A DNA stretch of 64,000 nucleotides from Longimicrobiales bacterium (GTDB lineage Bacteria > Gemmatimonadota > Gemmatimonadetes > Longimicrobiales > Gaopeijiaceae), in NCBI GenBank assembly GCA_965202985.1, contig CBDBCF010000001.1:2624001-2688000 (forward strand). The letters run 5' to 3'. Within the stretch, counting starts at the first letter, position 1. Each line of letters starts with the position of its first letter. The translations under genes and the position numbers were made by a program. Shown here piece after piece: positions 1 through 9,428 of the stretch. The notes beneath the pieces were generated by a model that did no database searches, was not told the DNA's origin, and saw only the letters and a list, made by a program, of their open reading frames with translations.

Positions 1-576
1 GACTTGACCGCAGAGCGCCACTGCCAGGTCGCGGAGATGACGCTGGAGCGCGCCCGGCGACGGGTCGAAGCCGGGAAGGCCGTGGTGATCATCCTCGACT
101 CGATCACGCGCTTGGCCCGCGCCCACAACACGGTGGAGGCCGGAAGCGGGCGCACCCTGTCCGGCGGACTCGACGCCAACTCGCTGGAGAAGCCCAAGCG
201 GTTCCTGGGGAGCGCGCGGCTGATCAAGGAGGAGCAGGGGGGCGGCTCGCTCACGATCATCGCCACGGCGCTGGTGGACACGGGCTCGCGCATGGACCAG
301 GTCATCTTCGAGGAGTTCAAGGGGACCGGCAACAGCGAGCTGGTCCTGAGCCGCGAGCTGGCGGACCGGCGCATCTTCCCGGCGATCGACCTGAAGGCGT
401 CCGCCACCCGGAAGGAAGAGCTTCTCCTGTCGCCCGAGGCCCTGACGATGTCGCGGGCCATGAGGCGCAAGCTGTCGAACTCCTACCCGGCCGACGCCAT
501 GGACGAGCTGCTTCGCGTCATGCGGCAGACCTCCACCAACGCCGAACTCATCTCGGTGGCGATGGAGCGACTCTAG
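1..576 (+). CDS. rho: Transcription termination factor Rho, C-terminal ATPase part (5' end outside window)
   Basis: Rho motifs [69 protein letters not shown]. Confidence 0.93.
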   Translation, partial: DLTAERHCQVAEMTLERARRRVEAGKAVVIILDSITRLARAHNTVEAGSGRTLSGGLDANSLEKPKRFLGSARLIKEEQGGGSLTIIATALVDTGSRMDQVIFEEFKGTGNSELVLSRELADRRIFPAIDLKASATRKEELLLSPEALTMSRAMRRKLSNSYPADAMDELLRVMRQTSTNAELISVAMERL

Positions 577-1156
577 GGTCCGGCTGCGGCTCGCCTTGGG
601 CGCGAGGCTCCACCAGCTCCCGGAGGCGTTCCAGGCTGTCCTGCAGCACCTGCCCCTGGGACTTCTCCATCGCCAGGGCGGTCCAGCCGAGAAGGGGGTT
701 CCAGCCTAGATTGGCCCGCTCGGTCCAGGTCACGATGGACACGACGGCCGCCCCGGCCGCGGCGCTCCGGCCCTCCACGACAAGCGTGCCCTCGAAGCGC
801 AAGGCGCCTTCCTCGACCTCGACCACGTAGTCCACCCGGGAGGGCGGATGCGCGGCGGTCAGCGTGAACGAGCCCGATCCGACGCCGGGGTCGTCCCACG
901 CTCGACGCGCGCCCGGCCCCGAGGCCGGCCCCTCCATGCGGGACTCGACTTGGCCCCACGGCGCCCACTGGTCCCAAGCGGCCAGCTCGTTCAGGAACGG
1001 GAAGACCGCTTCCGGCGCGGCCCGTACCTCTACCGAGCGGACCACCTCCACGCGACCCGGGAGCAGAACCCCGACCACCACGAACGCGCCCGACGCCAGC
1101 GCCAGCGTCCCCATGCCCCACGCCAGCCCTCGGGCCAGCCTTCTGGACCTCAGCAC
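548..1156 (-). CDS. SRPBCC/START-like family protein with N-terminal membrane anchor
   Basis: C-terminal part of ORF 548..1774; GTG at 1156 overlaps the tesA stop; hydrophobic segment then [25 protein letters not shown] and ...[10 protein letters not shown]. Confidence 0.75.
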   Translation of the reverse strand: MLRSRRLARGLAWGMGTLALASGAFVVVGVLLPGRVEVVRSVEVRAAPEAVFPFLNELAAWDQWAPWGQVESRMEGPASGPGARRAWDDPGVGSGSFTLTAAHPPSRVDYVVEVEEGALRFEGTLVVEGRSAAAGAAVVSIVTWTERANLGWNPLLGWTALAMEKSQGQVLQDSLERLRELVEPRAQGEPQPDPRVAPSPPR

Positions 1157-2013
1157 GCCCCGTCGCTCCGGCACCGGGCCTCCAGCCAGTCGCCCAGGAA
1201 CGACCACACGTAGTCCGCCACTGTCTGGTGGCCTTCGGCGTTGGGGTGGATTCCGTCGGCTTGGTTCAGGGCCGGCGCCGCCGCCACGCCGTCGAGCAGA
1301 AACGGCACCAGCAGCGCCCCGCTTTCTTCGGCCACGTCCCGAAACACTTGGCGGAACGGGTCCGTGTACACGGGCCCCAAGTTGGGCGGCGCCTCCATGC
1401 CCGCCACCACGATGCCGGCGTCGGGCAGCCGCCGTCGGGTCTCGCTCGCGATCCACTCCAAGTTCTCGCGCAGGGCCTCGTGGCTCCGGGCCCGCAGTCC
1501 GTCGTTGGCGCCCAGCTCCACGAACAGGACCGCCACCGACTCGCAGTGCACGTCGAGCAACTGCGAAAGACGCGCCCGCCCTCCCGCCGAGGTGTCGCCG
1601 CTGACGCCCGCGTTCGCCACCGCGTACCGCCAGCCCTTCTCCGCCATCCGCCGGTCCAGGAGCCCCGGATAGGCCAGCGCCGGATCGTCCAGCCCGTAGC
1701 CCGCCGTCAGGCTCGTTCCCAGGAAGACGATTCGCGGCGGGTCGGCGTTGTCGGCCCGGCGGACTGTACCGCAAGCCGACTCGTTGGCAACTTCATATGT
1801 TTCCGCGACGGGGGCGGATGCCGCCGGGGCGGACGTTTCCGCAACCGGGGCGGACGTTCCGGGGCTCGAGGCGGACGGCGGCGCATCGCCTTGTGGCGGC
1901 CCGTCGCCGCACGCCTGCAAGCCGACCGTTGCCGCCAAGAAGAGGACGGGGGAGAGCCTGGAGACCGAAGCGCGCGCGATGATCGCGGCCCGAGGCGTCT
2001 CGCGGACCTTCAC
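1150..2013 (-). CDS. tesA: TesA-like SGNH/GDSL arylesterase, lipoprotein (start uncertain)
   Basis: SGNH blocks FLGTSLTAG, NAGVSGDTS, ELGANDG, DGIHP; lipobox-like LQAC; divergent from a ybbA-ybbP-like pair. Confidence 0.85.
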   Translation of the reverse strand: MKVRETPRAAIIARASVSRLSPVLFLAATVGLQACGDGPPQGDAPPSASSPGTSAPVAETSAPAASAPVAETYEVANESACGTVRRADNADPPRIVFLGTSLTAGYGLDDPALAYPGLLDRRMAEKGWRYAVANAGVSGDTSAGGRARLSQLLDVHCESVAVLFVELGANDGLRARSHEALRENLEWIASETRRRLPDAGIVVAGMEAPPNLGPVYTDPFRQVFRDVAEESGALLVPFLLDGVAAAPALNQADGIHPNAEGHQTVADYVWSFLGDWLEARCRSDGAC

Positions 2014-2749
2014 CAGCGGGGGCCGCCCGCTCGAGGTGCTGCGAGATGTGGACCTGGAGATCGAGGCGCGGGCCTTCGTGGCGATCGTGGGTCCGTCGGG
2101 GAGCGGAAAGACGACACTGCTGGGCCTCCTTGCGGGACTGGACCGACCCACCGCCGGGCGGGTCGCCTTGGACGGGCGCGATCTCCATGCCCTTTCGGAA
2201 GATGAACGGGCGCGGTTCCGGGTCAACCGCATCGGCTTCGTCTTCCAGACCTTCCACCTGCTGCCCACCTTGACGGCCCTGGAGAACGTGCTGGTGCCGC
2301 TGGAACTGGCGGGCCGTGCGCGTCGCTCCGGGGGCGGGCAGGCTCGCGGCCGTGCGGCCGCGCTGCTGGAGCGCGTGGGACTGGCCGGTCGCGAGAGCCA
2401 CTATCCCGTGCAGCTGTCCGGGGGCGAGCGCCAGCGGGTCGCGTTGGCCCGGGCCTTCGCCAACCGCCCCGCCGTGCTCTTCGCCGACGAGCCCACGGGG
2501 AACCTGGACGCCGAGACCGGCGCCAAGGTCGTGGCCCTCATGGAGGAGCTCAACCGCGAGGCCGGGACGACGCTGGTCCTGGTCACTCACGATCTGGACC
2601 TGGCGGCCCGCGCCGGCCGGGTGATCCGGTTGGAGGCGGGGCGAGTCGCCTTCGACGGACCCCCGGCCACGCTGCCCAAGGCGGGCACGGCAACAGCGCC
2701 GGGGGCCGCGCCGGTCGCGACCGCAACGCGGGCGGCTTCGAGCCCGTGA
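1979..2749 (+). CDS. ybbA: ABC transporter ATP-binding protein, YbbA/LolD-like
   Basis: Walker A GPSGSGKT, LSGGERQRV, Walker B LFADEPTGNLD, VTHD; ATG at 1979. Confidence 0.88.
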   Translation: MIAARGVSRTFTSGGRPLEVLRDVDLEIEARAFVAIVGPSGSGKTTLLGLLAGLDRPTAGRVALDGRDLHALSEDERARFRVNRIGFVFQTFHLLPTLTALENVLVPLELAGRARRSGGGQARGRAAALLERVGLAGRESHYPVQLSGGERQRVALARAFANRPAVLFADEPTGNLDAETGAKVVALMEELNREAGTTLVLVTHDLDLAARAGRVIRLEAGRVAFDGPPATLPKAGTATAPGAAPVATATRAASSP

Positions 2750-5304
2750 CCCCCTTCGCCGTCCGCATGGCGATCAGGGAGTGGCGGTTCACCCTGCGCC
2801 GCCTGGGCGTCTACATGACCTCGATCACCGTGGGCGTGGCGGCGTTGGTCGCCCTCCACTCGTTCCGCGACGACGTGGTGCGCTCCATCGAGGCCGAGAA
2901 CCTGAGCCTGCTGGGCGCCGACGCCCGCTTCAGCGCCGGCCGACCCCTGCCGGATTCGGTGCTGTCGATCGTGGATTCGCTGACGGCCCTGGGCGCGACC
3001 GTGGCCCGCTCCACGAACCTGCTCTCCATGGCGCTCGCCGAGGAGAGCGGCCTGACCCGGCTGGTGCAGCTCCGGGGCGTCGACGCCGGCTTCCCCTTCT
3101 ACGGCGACGTGACCACCGATCCGCCCGGCCTGTGGGGCACGCTGGACGCCCCGGCCGGACTTCCCCCGGCTTTGGTGGACCCGACCCTGCTGGCCCAGCT
3201 GGACGCCGAACCGGGCGGCGTTCTCACCCTGGGGACGGCGCAGTTCCGCTTGGCGGGCACGGTGGACGGCCTTCCCACCGATGTCGGCTTCCAGACCGCC
3301 ACGGGCCCCCGCGTCTTCGTGGCTCGCGAACGGCTTGGCGCCACCGGCCTCCTGGCGACGGGCAGCCTGTCCCGCCACTACACGTACGTTCGCCTTCCTC
3401 CCGGCGTGGACCCGGACGAAGTGGAGGACGCCCACGAGGAGACGCTGCGCGCGACCGGCGTTTCCCTTCGCACGCCGAAGGAGCACGCCCGCTCGCTGAC
3501 GCGCTCCGCCGACTTCCTGGAGGACTTCCTGGCCCTGGTGGGCTTGGCGGCGCTGATGCTGGGGGGCGTCGGCGTCGGCAGCGCAGTGTCGGTCTACGTC
3601 CGGGGCAGACTGGGGGCGGTGGCCCTTCTGCGGTGCGTGGGGGCGACCCGCCGACAGGTCTTCTCCACGTACCTGCTCCAAGCGGCGATCATGGGGTTCC
3701 TGGGGTCGGCGCTGGGCGTGGCGGCGGGCCTCGTCGTCCAGCGTTTCCTGCCTCGGCTTATCCGCGAGGTGCTGCCCGTGGACGTGACGCCTTCCGTGTC
3801 GCTGGGGTCGGCCTCGTTCGGCTTGGTTCTGGGCGTCTGGGTGGCCGTCGTCTTCGCGCTGCTGCCCTTGCTGGGCGTGCGCAAGGTGTCGCCCCTGCAG
3901 GCGCTGCGTCACGTGGCCGAGCCGCCCCGCGGGCGGGACCCGGCCAGGTGGGCGGCGGTGGGCGCGACCGGGGCCACGGTGCTGGCCCTGACGCTGCTGG
4001 AGGCGCCGTCGCCGCAGGCGGGGCTGGCGTTCGCCATGGGACTTGGCGTGGTCGCGTGCACGCTGTGGCTGGTGGCGTGGGGGCTGGCCTGGGCGGTCCG
4101 CCGGTTCTTCCCCAAGCGTGCCGGCTACACGCTTCGGCAGGGCGTGGCCAACCTCTTCCGGCCCGGCAACCAGACGGTGGCCGTCACGCTGGCGCTGGGG
4201 TTCGGCGTGCTGGTCGTGGGCATCATCGTGCAGCTGCAGCGCACCTTGGCGCGGGAACTCTCGGTGGACGCGGGGCCGAACGCCTTCAACCTGCTGGTGT
4301 TCGACGTGCAGCCCGACCAGGAGGAGGGCGTGGCGGCGCGGCTGGCCGAGTGGACCGAGGACGAGCCCGAGCCGGTGCCCGTCGTCACCATGCGCCTGGC
4401 CTCGATCAAGGGCGAGACGGTGGGCAGCCTGCTGGCGGACAGCGCCCGCGACGCCCGACCGCCCCGCTGGATGCTGCGGCAGGAGCACCGCGCCACCTAT
4501 CGCGCGGACCTGCGGGAGAACGAGGAAGTGCTGGCGGGCCGCTGGTGGGACGACGGGGACGCGCCGTCCAGGGGCGTTCCGCGCGCGTCTTTCGAGGAGG
4601 ACTTCGCGGAGGACCTGGGCGTGCAGGTGGGCGACACGGTGACCTGGATGGTCGGAGGCGCCGAACAGCCGTCGGTGGTGGCCAGCCTGCGCGCGGTGGA
4701 ATGGGCCGGCTTCGACGCCAACTTCTTGGTCGTGTTCGAACCGGGCGCCGCCGTGGAGGCGCTGCCGCGCACCAGCGTCATGCTGGCCCACGTGCCCCGC
4801 CAGGACGACCGCGCCGCGTTCCAGCGAGCCATGGTGCGCGGCTTTCCCAACGTCTCGGTGCTGGACCTGTTCACTGTACGCTCCACGGTCGAGGCCATCC
4901 TGTCGCGGGTGCTGGCGGCGATCCGCATACTGGCCGGGCTGTGCACCGTGGCCGGGCTGGTGGTGATGGCCGGGTCGATGGCCTCCACCCGCGCCCAGCG
5001 GCGCTTGGAGGGGGCGCTGCTCCGCACGCTGGGCGCCCGCTTCGGCCAAGTCCGCCGCATCCTGCTGGTCGAGTACGCGGCGCTGGGGACGCTGGCGGCC
5101 CTGGCGGGCGGCGTCCTGTCGCTGGGCGCCAGCTGGCTTCTGGCCACTCGTCTCTTCGGCGTGGCCTACCAGCCCGCGGGCGGCGCGGCCGTGCTCCTGT
5201 GGCTAGCTGTGGTGGCGCTGGCGGTGGGGGCGGGGGTCGCCAGCGGTCGAGGCGCGCCGGCAAGGGCGGGTCCGCTCCCCGTGCTGCGCGTCGCCGCCGA
5301 CTGA
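2746..5304 (+). CDS. ybbP: ABC transporter permease, YbbP/FtsX-like (two-repeat)
   Basis: 852 aa with two FtsX-like TM modules (ALLRCVGA, ALLRTLGA), LLGAD motif, GTGA overlap with the ATPase. Confidence 0.85.
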   Translation: MTPFAVRMAIREWRFTLRRLGVYMTSITVGVAALVALHSFRDDVVRSIEAENLSLLGADARFSAGRPLPDSVLSIVDSLTALGATVARSTNLLSMALAEESGLTRLVQLRGVDAGFPFYGDVTTDPPGLWGTLDAPAGLPPALVDPTLLAQLDAEPGGVLTLGTAQFRLAGTVDGLPTDVGFQTATGPRVFVARERLGATGLLATGSLSRHYTYVRLPPGVDPDEVEDAHEETLRATGVSLRTPKEHARSLTRSADFLEDFLALVGLAALMLGGVGVGSAVSVYVRGRLGAVALLRCVGATRRQVFSTYLLQAAIMGFLGSALGVAAGLVVQRFLPRLIREVLPVDVTPSVSLGSASFGLVLGVWVAVVFALLPLLGVRKVSPLQALRHVAEPPRGRDPARWAAVGATGATVLALTLLEAPSPQAGLAFAMGLGVVACTLWLVAWGLAWAVRRFFPKRAGYTLRQGVANLFRPGNQTVAVTLALGFGVLVVGIIVQLQRTLARELSVDAGPNAFNLLVFDVQPDQEEGVAARLAEWTEDEPEPVPVVTMRLASIKGETVGSLLADSARDARPPRWMLRQEHRATYRADLRENEEVLAGRWWDDGDAPSRGVPRASFEEDFAEDLGVQVGDTVTWMVGGAEQPSVVASLRAVEWAGFDANFLVVFEPGAAVEALPRTSVMLAHVPRQDDRAAFQRAMVRGFPNVSVLDLFTVRSTVEAILSRVLAAIRILAGLCTVAGLVVMAGSMASTRAQRRLEGALLRTLGARFGQVRRILLVEYAALGTLAALAGGVLSLGASWLLATRLFGVAYQPAGGAAVLLWLAVVALAVGAGVASGRGAPARAGPLPVLRVAAD

Positions 5305-5344
5305 GCGCCGCCGTCCGGCCCGGCGCGTTCGCCCCCAAACGACC

Positions 5345-5378
5345 GGCGGGGCGCTCCCCCGAAGGAAAACGCCCCGCC
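5345..5378 (-). terminator. GC-rich hairpin with C(UUCG)G tetraloop between convergent genes
   Basis: Minus strand GGCGGGGCGTTTTCC-TTCG-GGGGAGCGCCCCGCC, between the 3' ends of ybbP and 5417..5929; no clear U-tract. Confidence 0.55.
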
Positions 5379-5416
5379 TCTCCGTCAACGACCCGAAGGC
5401 CGTTCCGGCATCTCCG

Positions 5417-5929
5417 CTACTGCTGGATGCCGGCCACCCCCCACCTCGTCCTGAGTTGGCTCCGGTCGTCCTCGCGGATCAGCGGCGAGTTCGACAGAAG
5501 CTGGGCCCGAGCCAAGAGACCGTGGGCTCGCTGGCCCCGGCCCTCGGTGTCGGCAACCCACGCGGCGTCGGTGAAGGCGTTCGCCGCGACCACTACGTCG
5601 CCCCGGTTGAGGGCGCGCTGTCCCGCGTTCTCGAAGTCGCGCACCGACTGCAGGACGCGCCCCTCGTAGAACGAAAGCCGGGCGGCCCGCAGAAGGTCCT
5701 CGACGGCCACGGGGTCGGCGGGCGAGCGGAGCTCGGCCGCGCGCCGAAGCAGCGACGCGGCGCGGTCCCACCTGCCCAGCTCCTCGAGGTAGCTCTCGGC
5801 CTCGGCTTCGAGCTGCTCGATCTCCTGAACGGGCGCGCGGACGGCGGTCTGCGCCGACAGGCCCGTTGCGCCGGCGGCCGCCACGAGAGCGGTCAGCGCC
5901 AGCCTGGTGAATCCGTTGATCTTCGACAT
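5417..5929 (-). CDS. Secreted helical (TPR-like) hypothetical protein
   Basis: Sec signal (MSKINGFTRLALTALVAAAGATGLSA-Q), GAGGA RBS, amphipathic helical repeats (GRWDRAASLLRRAAEL). Confidence 0.7.
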   Translation of the reverse strand: MSKINGFTRLALTALVAAAGATGLSAQTAVRAPVQEIEQLEAEAESYLEELGRWDRAASLLRRAAELRSPADPVAVEDLLRAARLSFYEGRVLQSVRDFENAGQRALNRGDVVVAANAFTDAAWVADTEGRGQRAHGLLARAQLLSNSPLIREDDRSQLRTRWGVAGIQQ

Positions 5930-6050
5930 CTATTGGTTTCCTCGTCTTCTTGAGGATGGAAGAACCCGAACGCCCGGTCGTCGGATTTCGCGTCCGGGGA
6001 GGGAGGCTGCGGAGCCGTCGTGGCCCGAGACTGCTTCCCTCACTGCTTGA

Positions 6051-6076
6051 TACGCCGGTTTCGACGAAAGGTTTCA
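6051..6076 (-). promoter_or_regulatory. ECF sigma factor (SigW-type) promoter
   Basis: Minus strand TGAAAC (6076-6071), 16 nt, CGTA (6054-6051), about 120 nt upstream of the 5929 start. Confidence 0.6.
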
Positions 6077-6118
6077 AGGCGCTGGCGGGGGCTTCCGACA
6101 CGCCGGAGCCGCGGCGCT

Positions 6119-6517
6119 TCAGCTCAGCCGCACCTCCAGCAGCGGCTCGTGGCCGCAGCCGTCGCAGGAAACCGGATGAGGTGCGCGGAGACGGGTTCCG
6201 GGGGCCAAGCTCACCGTCTGGCCGCAGCGGGGACACGGGGCCTGGAAGCGCCCCACCGAACAGCGCTCCGTCCAGCGCCGCCGCCCCATGACGACCGCCG
6301 CCGCGAGCCCCGCCGCCGCCCAAGGCGCATGAGGCGGCACCAGCGCGGCCAGCGGCGTGACCAGCAGGAACGCCCCCGCCGCCACGGCCGTCCGTCGCAA
6401 CCTCCACGCCCGGCTCCGAGGGATCACCTCCATCCGCACGCGCACCGGGTCGTATCCGAACAGCCGCAGGTCGCCCGTCGCGCCCACCGCCCGCGCCCCG
6501 CCCGAGTCGCTACCCAA
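6119..6517 (-). CDS. Small membrane protein with C-terminal zinc ribbon
   Basis: Two hydrophobic segments around PPH, then CPRC...CDGC; TTG start overlaps the aminotransferase stop. Confidence 0.6.
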   Translation of the reverse strand: MGSDSGGARAVGATGDLRLFGYDPVRVRMEVIPRSRAWRLRRTAVAAGAFLLVTPLAALVPPHAPWAAAGLAAAVVMGRRRWTERCSVGRFQAPCPRCGQTVSLAPGTRLRAPHPVSCDGCGHEPLLEVRLS

Positions 6518-7724
6518 AGAACGCGCGGAGGCGCTCCCCCGCCTTCTCCAGCGTGGAGGCGCGCTTGCAGAAGGCGAAGCGCACCAGGCCGCGCCCGTCT
6601 TCGGGCCGCGAGTAGAAGCACGAACCCGGCACCGGCGCCACCCCGCACTCCCGCGCCATGTAGCGGCTGAACGTCACGTCGTCCATGGCGCCGACCCGGC
6701 CGGCACCGCCGCCGACCAGCCCCGAGAACCCCGCCAGCACGTAGTACGCGCCCTCCGGCTTGGCGCAGTCGAACCCCACCTCCGCCAAGCTCTCGAAGAG
6801 GATGTCCCGCCGACGGGCGTAGCTCCTGGCCATCTCCGCGTAGTAGTCGGGTCCCAGGGCGTCCAGCCCGGCGGCGCACGCCTCTTGAAGGGGGGCCGGC
6901 GCGCCTACGGTCAGGAAGTCGTGCACCTTGCGGATCGCCGAAGTCAGGACGGGCGGCGCCACGACGGTCCCCACCCGCCAGCCCGTCACGCCGAAGGTCT
7001 TGGACAGCCCTGAGACCACGACCGTGCGCTCGCGCATTCCGGGCAGCGCCGCCAAGCACAGGTGTTCGCCGTCGTAGACGATGTGCTCGTAGATCTCGTC
7101 GGTCACGGCCAGGACGCCCCGCTCGACGCACACGTCGGCCACGGCCTGCATCTCCTCCCGGTCGAACACGCGGCCCGACGGGTTGTTGGGCGTGTTGATC
7201 ACGACGGCGCGCGTCCGGTCCGTCACGACGGCGCGCAGCCGGTCGGCGTCCAGCCGGTACTCCGGCGGCGTCAGGGGAAGGAAGGCGGGCACGGCCCCGC
7301 ACAGCACCGCGTCGGGACCGTAGTTCTCGTAGAACGGCTCCAGCACCACGACCTCTTCGCCCGGGTCCACCAGCGCCAGCATGACGGCGGCCATCGCCTC
7401 GGTGGCGCCGCACGTCACGGTGATCTCGCGATCCGGGTCCACGGTCAGCCGGTACCACTCCCCGTACTTTCGCGCCAGCGCCGCCCGCAGCGAAGGCGTG
7501 CCCCAAGTGACGGCGTACTGGTTCACGTCGTCCTGGATCGCCCGGCACGCGGCGTCCTTCACCACTTGGGGCGCGGGGAAGTCCGGAAAGCCCTGGGCCA
7601 GGTTGACGGCGCCGTGCTCCCGCGCCACCCGGGTCATGTCGCGGATCAGGGACTCGGTGAACGAATGCGTGCGCCGGGCCGTGCGGCCAAGGGCGGACCG
7701 AACCGCGGACGGACTTTGCGTCAT
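6510..7724 (-). CDS. PLP-dependent class I/II aminotransferase (YbdL/methionine-kynurenine type)
   Basis: AVNLAQGFPDF, NTPNNPSG, VTDEIYEH, GLSKTFGVTGWRVG (PLP lysine), VRFAFCK. Confidence 0.92.
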   Translation of the reverse strand: MTQSPSAVRSALGRTARRTHSFTESLIRDMTRVAREHGAVNLAQGFPDFPAPQVVKDAACRAIQDDVNQYAVTWGTPSLRAALARKYGEWYRLTVDPDREITVTCGATEAMAAVMLALVDPGEEVVVLEPFYENYGPDAVLCGAVPAFLPLTPPEYRLDADRLRAVVTDRTRAVVINTPNNPSGRVFDREEMQAVADVCVERGVLAVTDEIYEHIVYDGEHLCLAALPGMRERTVVVSGLSKTFGVTGWRVGTVVAPPVLTSAIRKVHDFLTVGAPAPLQEACAAGLDALGPDYYAEMARSYARRRDILFESLAEVGFDCAKPEGAYYVLAGFSGLVGGGAGRVGAMDDVTFSRYMARECGVAPVPGSCFYSRPEDGRGLVRFAFCKRASTLEKAGERLRAFFG

Positions 7725-7961
7725 GAGCGGAGGGGGGTCGAATGGGGACGAGCCGGGGCGCGGCGCGGGAAATTGGCGCACTCCGAACCGGTCGCGCTTG
7801 ACAAACGGACGCCAGGGTAACCCTATTGCCCTCCCGACTCCCCGCCAAGTCCCCGACGCGGACCAACACAGGAGGCCGCCATTTCGAGTTCGCAATCAGA
7901 CTACCGCGACGCGCTGGATCGCCTGATCGGCTGTGCGGTCCTGTTTCACGGCGCCGAGACC

Positions 7962-9428
7962 TTGGCGGACTTGGAGGAGCTGGATTTCGGCGTGCTGCTG
8001 ACCGACGCCGGCCTGCGAGAGGTCGCCGGCCGCGTCTACCTGGAGGGCGCGGCCGAAGCGCTGGCGCGGAAGTTCTCCGTGGGCCGCGAGTTCGGAGAGG
8101 CGCTGCACGACCTGGACGACCGTCGCCGTCGGATCGCCTTGGGCCGCACCTACGCGCAGGACCCCATCAAGCTGGCCGCCCTGGGCGACGAGTTCGGCGT
8201 CAGCCGCGAGCGGGCCCGCCAGCTGGAGGCCAGCATGCGCCACGCGGTCGAATCGCGCGTGGGGGCGCGGATCCGCGAGGCCGCGCACTGGCTTCGGCGC
8301 ACCGTGGGGCCGGCCGTGCCGGAGGACGAGTTCCGCACGGCGCTGGGCGGGCTGGTGGACGACGCGCCGGCCGCCGAGTACCGGACCGCCGCCGAGGTGG
8401 CCGTCATGCAAGAGTGCGGGTACGAGGCGGAGGACGGCGTGGTGGGCGACCGGGCGTTCCGCGCGCTGGCCAGCCGGGTCCGGTCTCTCGTGCAGCGGCT
8501 CTCGGACGTTGCCGGAGTGGTGGACGAGGAGGCGCTTCGCAACGCCGTCGGAAGCCACGACGAGGACGTTCCCTGGGCGCTGGCCGTCCACAGCGCGGGG
8601 CTGGTGCGCGTCGGAAGGCACTTGGTCTTGCGCGACACGCGGCGGGTCCGCGTCTACTTGGCCCTGGTCGAGCTGGGCAGGCCGGCGCACCGGGCGGAGC
8701 TGTCGAAGGTGACGGGCCTGCCGAACAACACCACCCTGTCCAGCCTGCTATCGTCGGACCGCTTGTTCGTGCGCGCCACCAAGGACAAGTGGGGCCTGCG
8801 CGGCTGGACCCAGGAGCCCTACGAGGGCGTGGTCGCCGAGATCGTGAAGCGGATCGAGCGAGGCGGCGGAGAGGTCGCCGTGGAGGAGCTGGTGGAGGAG
8901 CTGCCGGCGAAGTTCGACGTGCTGCCCGCTACCGTCCGCAACTACCTGGCAACGCGGAAGTTCACCACCCGCCGGGGCAAGGTGCGCGTCGTCCAGGCGC
9001 CCGAGGCCCGCGTCCAGGACCTGTCCGACGCTCGCGACGTGATGTGGACCGCCGACGGAACCCCCGTCCTCCATTTCGTGGTCGGCGAGCACCACATGAA
9101 GGGCAACAGCCAGAAGGTGTCCGTCGCCGTCGCCCAGCACCTGGGCATAGGCCCGGACGACTCGATCCAGATCCCGTTCCTGGACCCCCCCGACGTGCAC
9201 CCCGCCTCCTTGATCTGGCGCTCCTACGACCCCAACGGCCCCGAGATGGGCCGCCTCCGCGAAGCCCTGAACGCCATCGGGGCCGGCTCCGGCACGGACG
9301 TCTACGTACTCCTGGAGCCGAACGGCCTGCGGATGCGGACGGACGGGCGGGGGCTGACGAAGCCCGCCCGGTCGGGAGCGCGGCGCAGGGGAGGGCGGCG
9401 GAAGAGGGCTGACGGCGGGGGGCGCTAA
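7962..9428 (+). CDS. Multi-HTH DNA-binding protein: sigma70 region-4-like HTH plus winged/HARE-HTH-like domain
   Basis: LAALGDEFGVSRERARQLE (sigma region 4.2-like); HRAELSKVTG...LSSLLSSDRLFVR...KWGLRGW resembles HARE-HTH/RNAP delta; no sigma region 2. Confidence 0.7.
   Translation: MADLEELDFGVLLTDAGLREVAGRVYLEGAAEALARKFSVGREFGEALHDLDDRRRRIALGRTYAQDPIKLAALGDEFGVSRERARQLEASMRHAVESRVGARIREAAHWLRRTVGPAVPEDEFRTALGGLVDDAPAAEYRTAAEVAVMQECGYEAEDGVVGDRAFRALASRVRSLVQRLSDVAGVVDEEALRNAVGSHDEDVPWALAVHSAGLVRVGRHLVLRDTRRVRVYLALVELGRPAHRAELSKVTGLPNNTTLSSLLSSDRLFVRATKDKWGLRGWTQEPYEGVVAEIVKRIERGGGEVAVEELVEELPAKFDVLPATVRNYLATRKFTTRRGKVRVVQAPEARVQDLSDARDVMWTADGTPVLHFVVGEHHMKGNSQKVSVAVAQHLGIGPDDSIQIPFLDPPDVHPASLIWRSYDPNGPEMGRLREALNAIGAGSGTDVYVLLEPNGLRMRTDGRGLTKPARSGARRRGGRRKRADGGGR

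Noticed and set aside
2587..5669. Very long alternative ORFs (820 aa minus, 962 aa plus) over ybbP
   Set aside because: Arg/Gly/Pro-rich shadows expected from stop-codon scarcity at high GC; the ybbP frame carries the family motifs
7798..7830. TTGACA upstream of the 7962 gene as a sigma70 promoter
   Set aside because: Perfect -35 but no convincing -10 at proper spacing; the short AGGGTAACCCT palindrome alone is insufficient
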